Positions 57,474-64,000 of a stretch of 64,000 nucleotides of DNA are shown one piece after another; the first letter of the stretch is position 1; each line of letters begins with the position of its first letter. The notes beneath the pieces were generated by a model. The model ran no database searches and was not told the origin of the DNA. It saw only the letters and a program-made list of their open reading frames with translations. Where the stretch lies: the IMG/VR virus record IMGVR_UViG_3300033148_006048. One strand, given 5' to 3'. The translations under genes were made by a program, and so were the position numbers. The stretch is from an uncultured virus (IMG/VR IMGVR_UViG_3300033148_006048). Lineage: Duplodnaviria; Heunggongvirae; Uroviricota; Caudoviricetes.

Positions 57474-58283
57474 TTAAATTTCTATGTAAATTGGTGACAA
57501 ATCACAACGGCAATTTGGGTGAAGTGGTGCGCCCGGAACATCGTCAAAATCAATGTTCAAAACTGCACCTTCCGCGCTAGTCACCGTGTCTCCTTTAGTA
57601 AAATAAGTATCTCCAAGCGGTGCTACCTTTCCTTCCAGTACGGCACAAAACGGGCAAGCGTCCGGCTCGGTAACCCAAACCTTCGCCTCAACAACTCCTG
57701 AATCAATGAAAGCCTGTTCTGTCGCCTGAACCGAAGTCCTAATACTCTCTGTCCGGGCAATCATAGTTGCTCTTGTTGTTTTAACATTCTCGAAAACGTC
57801 TTCAACTCTATTTGAAAGTTCGTATATACTTTCGTTAAGTTCAATCCCTTCTGTCAGTTGTTTTCCAATAGCTATATTTGTCGTCTCCGTGGCTGACTTT
57901 GAAAATTTCGTAGTTCTTTTTTCAATAAACCCAACTGCTACCGGCGAAGTCCCATCTCCGTCAATATCAACTCCTAAAAAATCAAATGTTTCATTCTCAC
58001 TCTGCTCGAACAAATCCTGTAAAATCGGCATTACCACCGGTAAAGTTCGGTCAAACTCTTCCTTTTGTTTTAATAATACCGCGTCAATGTTAATCGCTTT
58101 TATCGCCTTCTGGCTTCTCAGTCTTTTCTTTGTCAGTTTTCTCTGCTCTTCGAACACTTTGTCCACCAGACTTTTCTTTAGTATCTGGTAGTAATGTTCC
58201 GCCACTCTCACTTTTATCTCCCAAAATCTCCTTTTCATCGCTTCCGTTGGTTGTGTTGTTTTTAATTTCTTCTTTGATGGCAT
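57474..58283 (-). CDS. MuF / SPP1 gp7-like minor head protein
   Basis: RA.MIARTE, K.W, CPFC, PLHPNCRC. Confidence 0.9.
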   Translation of the reverse strand: MPSKKKLKTTQPTEAMKRRFWEIKVRVAEHYYQILKKSLVDKVFEEQRKLTKKRLRSQKAIKAINIDAVLLKQKEEFDRTLPVVMPILQDLFEQSENETFDFLGVDIDGDGTSPVAVGFIEKRTTKFSKSATETTNIAIGKQLTEGIELNESIYELSNRVEDVFENVKTTRATMIARTESIRTSVQATEQAFIDSGVVEAKVWVTEPDACPFCAVLEGKVAPLGDTYFTKGDTVTSAEGAVLNIDFDDVPGAPLHPNCRCDLSPIYIEI

Positions 58284-59676
58284 CTTTAATTCCCTTTTTT
58301 AAATCTTTTTTAACAATTAAACCACGCATAATATCCTTCTTCGTTTTCTCTTTCGTCTTCTTCAAAATTTCTTCAACCTTCTTGTCTGCTAGTCTCTCAA
58401 GTTTAGTTCGAGCCTGTAAATGTCTAACCCTATCCTGATAATTATTAGCACCCTTAATTTTTTGTTCAGGTGTGCTTCCAATCGGTACAACATTAAGCGG
58501 TAAATAAATACTATCCCCACCAGAAACAAGCGGTGGTAAACCTTCAAGTTTTCTAACTTCATTTCGTGACATCCAGCCTGCTCCAATAGCCTTTTCGTAA
58601 TAATTCACCTTTGCTTCCTCGTCTTCTGGAATCGGGTTTTCATAATCTAAAAATAAATTCTCCCCGTCATTAAACATCGGAACCAAAAATTCATTAAGCT
58701 GTTGAACAATTCTCTCCATCTTAGGCTGAATTGTCCATCGTGCGAATACATATTGCGCAACCTTCGCACTAGCGAAGTTAGTACCTTCTGTTTGCGAAAC
58801 AATCGCTTTTGGTACACGGAACATACCTAAAATTTTATCCCGTGTCATTTTTTGTTGTGCCTCGAATCCCATTTCCTGTTGACTAAAGCCGAATTTATCC
58901 AGCTTCATACCACCAAATAGAACCATAATCTGATGGGCTTTATCTAAGCCCTCAAAGTTTTTCCTAATGCTAGCCTTTAATTTCTTTTTTTGTTCATCGG
59001 TCATCTGCGGGTCTTCCACAGTTAAAACCGAATTAGGCGTAGCGTTCTGCTTAAAAAATCGCCAATTCCACTCTTCCGAATAGTTATCCACATCTACTGT
59101 TCGTGAAGCGGCCTCCAACGTACCAAGACCTCTAAGCGGTTTAAGTGGGTTTGGATACTTTAAAAATATAACCTCGTCTGGTTTAAGTGTTACCTTCTCG
59201 TGCTGGCCAACATCATACTTATAGCCTTTAATAATTGTTTTTTTGTCCGGTATAATTTCAAGTCTGTCTGGCCGTAAAAAGTAAATAGCCGTCACTTCGC
59301 CATTACTCTTCTCCAAAAACCAAGGCGCTTCACCAACCAGCTCTAAATAAGCTGAAGTTAGCCAAAATTGGTCAAATTTTGTAGTATAATCGTTAACCTT
59401 ATAAAGTAAATCTAAGATGGCATGCTCCTTAACTTCCTCAACCTTATCCCCCTTCTTCCTGTAAAGCTTAAGGTCAATAGCCGCGATTTCGTCCGAAATA
59501 GCGCTAACACAAGTAAAGACCCACCCCTTCATCTCAGCAAGGTAGTCGGCCTGTTTGTCGGAAGATAATCCTTGATACCCATAAGCCGCAGTTTCATAAC
59601 CAGTCGGATTAGACCTGTCTGGTGTAGCCGTTGCCTTTTTGCGGAACGGGCTGATTAAATTTGTAAGAAAACTCAT
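58090..59676 (-). CDS. HK97-family portal protein
   Basis: V..CV..I, GEA, P...RGLG, FF.QNA.P, F.VP, M..NEVR..EGLPP..GGD. Confidence 0.93.
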   Translation of the reverse strand: MSFLTNLISPFRKKATATPDRSNPTGYETAAYGYQGLSSDKQADYLAEMKGWVFTCVSAISDEIAAIDLKLYRKKGDKVEEVKEHAILDLLYKVNDYTTKFDQFWLTSAYLELVGEAPWFLEKSNGEVTAIYFLRPDRLEIIPDKKTIIKGYKYDVGQHEKVTLKPDEVIFLKYPNPLKPLRGLGTLEAASRTVDVDNYSEEWNWRFFKQNATPNSVLTVEDPQMTDEQKKKLKASIRKNFEGLDKAHQIMVLFGGMKLDKFGFSQQEMGFEAQQKMTRDKILGMFRVPKAIVSQTEGTNFASAKVAQYVFARWTIQPKMERIVQQLNEFLVPMFNDGENLFLDYENPIPEDEEAKVNYYEKAIGAGWMSRNEVRKLEGLPPLVSGGDSIYLPLNVVPIGSTPEQKIKGANNYQDRVRHLQARTKLERLADKKVEEILKKTKEKTKKDIMRGLIVKKDLKKGIKDAIKEEIKNNTTNGSDEKEILGDKSESGGTLLPDTKEKSGGQSVRRAEKTDKEKTEKPEGDKSD

Positions 59677-59852
59677 AATCCCATAAATATATTTATTTAA
59701 CTATCGAAAAACACCCATCTGCGCGTAGAAAATACAAGCAGGGCTTAGTTTTTAGCCAAGCTGACAGCATTTTCCGCGTACGGATGGGTGCTAAATTTTT
59801 CCAGTAACCTTAGTTACTAATAAATTTTTCGCCCCTTTAAATTGACACCTTT

Positions 59853-59881
59853 GTTATAGCACATACTAGAAGTAAAGTCAA
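59853..59881 (-). promoter_or_regulatory. Putative promoter for the portal/head operon
   Basis: TTGACT-17nt-TATAAC with TG extension. Confidence 0.6.
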
Positions 59882-59887
59882 TCACTT

Positions 59888-61006
59888 CTAGTCATGGGTA
59901 ATAATTTTATCAAGTCCTTCTCGGCTCTGTATATATTTCCTCAAATTCTTAATGTTGTTTTTCAACAATTCGTCCGCATTAAAAGTATGATTGCAACTCT
60001 TACACCGGAATATTCCGTCCATCAAAAATGGTTTTTTCGTCTTAAGTATTATAGCATTACAGGTCGTTCTAGGACAAGACCATATATATTCTTCCTTTTC
60101 AACAATCCCGGTCGCACACTTATTTTCTTTAATTTCATCAATAATTTTTCTAAATTCTTCCACAGATTGTTTAGCGTCCCATTTCTCCTTAATTTCCTTC
60201 AATCGTTTTTCTGCCTCTTGAACTCTCGCCTCCTCTTCCATATATTTCTTAAGTTCATTAACATTATGCGCAACTGGCATTCCTAACGCCCAAGCCGTCA
60301 AAGTCTTATTATTACTCTTGTATTTCCATTTGCCCTTCTGGGAACGTGGGTTAATAACAAAATCTCCCTTAAGAATATCTGAATTAACAGTTTCAAGTTT
60401 CCACGGCAAATTCGTAACCTCAATATAAAATTTATCTTCTGCTGGTTGACCTGCCGGTGGTAAAAAATAGCTAGGCAAAACAAACCCTGAATCCGAAATA
60501 ACAATTAAATTAAGTTCCAGTTTTCTAATCTCTGATAAACAAGCCTTAAGTAAATGAAAACCAGTAGAATATCCAAACCAAACAACTGTCTTGGCCTTTC
60601 CTTGTCCTCGGTGGTCTTTTCTCTCATGGTGATATTCAAGGTCAAGTCGGTCTGGTATATGAACAACCGGCTTCTTAGTAAAAGACTGAACCGCGTCCCT
60701 CAATGTCTCCGTCGAAGTTGTCACCGCGTCAACCTCTTCAATCATCTCCTTCGTCTGATAAATAAAACTCAAAAAGTCCGGGTCGCAAAGGTCTAAAATT
60801 TTAACTCCATCAAAAGCCCGCGCGTGTTCCGGCCAATAAACCTTCTGATAAACAACAGTGTCATACTTTTTTCCTTGTATAAACTCTTCTGCCTCTGGCC
60901 AATTTTTAAGAAGCCAATGCCCCCTAATTCTTGAACTTCCAATATTTCGTCTGCCATGATAACGTTCAAAAGTTAAAAGTCCAATTTTTTTATCTTCTTC
61001 GGTCAT
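59888..61006 (-). CDS. GT-B-like glycosyltransferase with a C-terminal zinc ribbon
   Basis: SSRIRG, VWFG, KSNNK...WALG.PV; two C-terminal Cys pairs. Confidence 0.7.
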   Translation of the reverse strand: MTEEDKKIGLLTFERYHGRRNIGSSRIRGHWLLKNWPEAEEFIQGKKYDTVVYQKVYWPEHARAFDGVKILDLCDPDFLSFIYQTKEMIEEVDAVTTSTETLRDAVQSFTKKPVVHIPDRLDLEYHHERKDHRGQGKAKTVVWFGYSTGFHLLKACLSEIRKLELNLIVISDSGFVLPSYFLPPAGQPAEDKFYIEVTNLPWKLETVNSDILKGDFVINPRSQKGKWKYKSNNKTLTAWALGMPVAHNVNELKKYMEEEARVQEAEKRLKEIKEKWDAKQSVEEFRKIIDEIKENKCATGIVEKEEYIWSCPRTTCNAIILKTKKPFLMDGIFRCKSCNHTFNADELLKNNIKNLRKYIQSREGLDKIITHD

Positions 61007-62037
61007 ATTCTTAACCTCTTCTTGGAGCCGTGCTTCTCCAAAGCTTTATTAATTAAATCCGCCCATTCTCCCTGATACCTTTTTAAATCAAACTTTTCAA
61101 TCGCCGTTTGTTTTCCTCGTTGTCCAACTTCAATCGCTTTATCATAATTTTTAAGCAAAAGTTCAATAAGCTGTACCACGTGTTCTGGATTCCTTCGACA
61201 AAAAAATCCATTCTCACCATCTTTAATAAACATATCCGCGTCCTGATTGTTAGTAGTAATAACACAACACCCACTCAACATGGCCTCGGTTCTCCCCCGG
61301 CTCATCGGCGCTTCCCTCATCGGGTGGAAATAAAGCAAACTTCTACCAACAAACTGACGGTAATCTTCCCATTTCTTAAAAGTAGCGTCCACAGTAATCT
61401 GACAATGAACAATATCCCTCTCATAAAGCGCCTCTCTTACTGCCTTGTGAAAAACCCTATCATAATACTTGTCAAGTCCTCCCGGGCTAAGCATAGTCAC
61501 AACCCTCGGCTCTTTTGGCAAATCAAACCATTCGTCCGCGTCAAGCCCGTGCCAAATCGGAATCCCGTGTCCCCATTGTTTAGCCGCAGTATAAGAATTA
61601 ACAACCATAATGTTGTCCCCAATAATCTCTTTACATCTCCTAATCAATTCGCTAGACATTCCCACTTGGTCTTTGGTGAATCCTTTTTCTTCATAATTAT
61701 CGTTAGTAATATCGCAAACAAAATTCTCAGGGTAATAAGGCGTTCCGTGCATAATAACAATCTTTGGTATATCGTCAATAACAGCATTAAGTTCCCGATA
61801 CAAACTGCCTTTTCCTCTCTCCCAAATACTATCCTCAAAACATTGCTGGTCTAAATGTAAAATCGCCACGTCGTATTTTCCCGGCTCATAATAAGGCACT
61901 TCTTTAATGTTAAACTTTCCCTTCAAATCCCCTCTCGGACCCTGATTATATCCACGCCGGTGTTGAACCAACCAAGTCCATTGTGTACAAGGAATCTTAC
62001 AAAGTTCATATTGATGAGCAATATGACTTATCACCAC
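61003..62037 (-). CDS. GT-B (GT4-like) glycosyltransferase; N-terminus uncertain
   Basis: HG, EAM.SG..V, I.DGENGF, G..TA.E.F. Confidence 0.85.
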   Translation of the reverse strand: MVISHIAHQYELCKIPCTQWTWLVQHRRGYNQGPRGDLKGKFNIKEVPYYEPGKYDVAILHLDQQCFEDSIWERGKGSLYRELNAVIDDIPKIVIMHGTPYYPENFVCDITNDNYEEKGFTKDQVGMSSELIRRCKEIIGDNIMVVNSYTAAKQWGHGIPIWHGLDADEWFDLPKEPRVVTMLSPGGLDKYYDRVFHKAVREALYERDIVHCQITVDATFKKWEDYRQFVGRSLLYFHPMREAPMSRGRTEAMLSGCCVITTNNQDADMFIKDGENGFFCRRNPEHVVQLIELLLKNYDKAIEVGQRGKQTAIEKFDLKRYQGEWADLINKALEKHGSKKRLRI

Positions 62038-62097
62038 GGGTAGTTAAAGATACGAACTGCACCAAAACCACCCGTGTTATTCTCCTTTATATTAGTT

Positions 62098-62486
62098 TCA
62101 TTTGTCATAAACTAATTTAATTATTTTATTAAAATATTTAGTCCAATAACTTCTCTCACTTTTTCTATTAACAGAGGTATTACATTTGTGACATAAAGTT
62201 ATTAAATTTTTTTCATCACAATTTTTCTTATCGTAATCAATATGGTGAACTGTCAACCAATTCTTTGATTTCTTTAAATCTCTTGGTTTTTTAGTATAAA
62301 ATCCACATTTCTTACAAGTATAATTATCTCTAACTTTAATCTTATCTTTCAATTTTTTACACCAAAAAACTTAATTTCTGCAAATCTTTTTTCAATTCTT
62401 CTGCCACAATTGCAAAAATTATCTGATTGAGCAAAAATATTTTTATTATATTCTTTTCTTAATTTACATTCAAAACATTTTTTCAT
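62098..62486 (-). pseudogene. Frameshifted HNH endonuclease
   Basis: MKKCFEC.. frame stops near 62350; RDNYTCKKC..HHIDYDK..LCHKCN continues in another frame. Confidence 0.65.
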
Positions 62487-62490
62487 ATTT

Positions 62491-63078
62491 TTATTTAATT
62501 ATTTTATCAATTATTCCAAACTTTAATGCTTGTTTAGTAGTTATAAAATCATCAATATTTGAATCCATATAATACTTAATCTGCTCAACTGTCATTTTAG
62601 TTTTTTCTTTTATTATGTCCATTAAAATTTTATTATAATAATCGGATGATTTTACATAACTTTTAGCTTGTGTATTTTTTTGATATCCTAAATCATAAGC
62701 AATTTCATGTATTAAAATATCTGAATGCTCAAATGCTTTTCTCTTGTGACCACAAATCAATAATATTGCTCCTGCGCTATATGCTTTACCAAGAACAATT
62801 GTATTAATTTGTTTTTTAGAGTTTTTTATCAAATCAATTAATGGAACTAATGCCATAACTTGACCACCATTACTATTAATATAAATAGTAATTTCTTTTG
62901 TATTATTATCTTTAATCATTCCATCTAATTTGAAAAAAATATTTTCCATCATTTCATCATTAAATTCAGAATTAATAATAACAATTCCCTTTTTTTCTAG
63001 CCCAGTTCTATTTTTGATATTTTCTTCAATTATCTTTTTTTCTAACTCTTCTTTATTTTTATCAATTGATTCTATCAT
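62491..63078 (-). CDS. clpP: ClpP-like serine protease
   Basis: YINS.GG, G.A.SAG, H and D triad, A..FGIID.I. Confidence 0.85.
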   Translation of the reverse strand: MIESIDKNKEELEKKIIEENIKNRTGLEKKGIVIINSEFNDEMMENIFFKLDGMIKDNNTKEITIYINSNGGQVMALVPLIDLIKNSKKQINTIVLGKAYSAGAILLICGHKRKAFEHSDILIHEIAYDLGYQKNTQAKSYVKSSDYYNKILMDIIKEKTKMTVEQIKYYMDSNIDDFITTKQALKFGIIDKIIK

Positions 63079-63098
63079 AAGTTTCTAATATATTAGAA

Positions 63099-63863
63099 TT
63101 AAATTAAATACCTAGGGTCATTCTCCATTCCGCTTTTAATGCCGTGCTTCTCATTAACATAAGTCCGGTTTTTATTCTTAAGTTCTTCAAGGTTTTCCAA
63201 TTTACTAAAACTTGCCCCGTGGTGGTGGTGAATAACAATGCTCTTCTCAACCCCAATATGTAAACCCTCTTTTTTAACCCTAATACAATAATCCATATCG
63301 TCACCCATTCCAATATCAATCTTCTCATCTAAAAATCCAACCTTCTGAACAACATATTTACTCGTTATAGCGCAAACAAATGGAATAAAAGTTAAATACT
63401 GGTTGTCTTTTTCTTTTTGATAATTCTCCCAATAAATATCTTGGTCTTTAGCGTCCACTAACGGTGAAACCAAACCAAGGCTTTTGTCTTTTTTAATTTT
63501 TGTTTTAAGCGCCTTAAGCCAACCCTTCGGAACTTCCGTATCGTTATTCATAATAACGACATAATCCGCATCGCCTTTCAAAAATTCTTTTAATCCCTGA
63601 TTAACCGCCTTCACCCAACCAACATTTTCAGTATTCTGCTTAACCAAAAGATTCTTAGGCCAGATAACTTCTCTCTGGACTTTTTCTAAAACTTCTATAG
63701 CATTATCAGAAGCATTGTTAATTAAAATTACTCGATAAGGCACGGTTGTCATTTGAGAAATACTCTCCAAGCATTTTAAAGTCAACTCATTATTATTCCA
63801 CCAAGGAACTATAATATCTATTGGCTTTCCAACTGGTTGTTTTTCTCTTTTTTCTTCTCCCAT
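63099..63863 (-). CDS. GT2 glycosyltransferase
   Basis: DIIVP, N.G..KA.NQG, NNDT, DD.DYC, HH. Confidence 0.88.
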   Translation of the reverse strand: MGEEKREKQPVGKPIDIIVPWWNNNELTLKCLESISQMTTVPYRVILINNASDNAIEVLEKVQREVIWPKNLLVKQNTENVGWVKAVNQGLKEFLKGDADYVVIMNNDTEVPKGWLKALKTKIKKDKSLGLVSPLVDAKDQDIYWENYQKEKDNQYLTFIPFVCAITSKYVVQKVGFLDEKIDIGMGDDMDYCIRVKKEGLHIGVEKSIVIHHHHGASFSKLENLEELKNKNRTYVNEKHGIKSGMENDPRYLI

Positions 63864-63885
63864 ACATTTTTCGTTAATTTATAAA

Positions 63886-64000
63886 TTATTTTAAATAATT
63901 ATCAATCCTTTTAACTACTTGACCAATTTGTTTTTGTGGTTTGTAAATATCGTCACCTTCTACCATCATTTGAAATCTAAATAATAAACTAGACAATTCT
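63886..64000 (-). CDS. 3' end of a gene entering from outside the window
   Basis: Open frame ..ELSSLLFRFQMMVEG..DNYLK-stop. Confidence 0.5.
   Translation of the reverse strand, partial: ELSSLLFRFQMMVEGDDIYKPQKQIGQVVKRIDNYLK

Noticed and set aside
55090..61854. Plus-strand ORFs such as 55414-55998 and 61108-61854
   Set aside because: They lie entirely antisense to well-supported genes and show no recognisable motifs
1..64000. Stop-codon reassignment as the cause of the fragmented capsid gene
   Set aside because: TAA, TAG and TGA all end genes normally, and introns explain the breaks

Overview
Part of a low-GC tailed-phage (siphovirus-like) genome, with almost every gene on the minus strand. 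Read right to left it carries: glycosyltransferases and a ClpP-like protease; portal; MuF-like head protein; a prohead protease containing an AAA+ ATPase; an HK97-fold major capsid gene; a glycosyl/methyltransferase block; very long Ser-X repeat proteins; neck and tail genes; an intein-containing papain-fold peptidase and holin; and an early/replication region (nuclease, SSB, initiator, DnaA-domain-IV-only and sigma-region-4-only proteins, a DUF2828 Ro-like protein with rtcB, RusA, a Tad2-like protein). The main result is that the capsid gene, which the ORF track shows only as fragments, rebuilds by hand into a 427-aa protein from six exons separated by five group I introns. One intron has a C.A pair at its 5' splice site, one ends in A instead of G, and one carries its HNH gene antisense. 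The four introns with sense-oriented endonuclease genes share a covarying terminator/antiterminator-like module. Other candidates: three covarying RNA hairpins in front of the Ro-like/rtcB pair, promoters with a DnaA box 5 nt upstream of the -35, single genes enclosed by inverted repeats, and a possible glycosylated Ser-rich virion coat. All calls are from manual reading; no database searches or folding programs were run.
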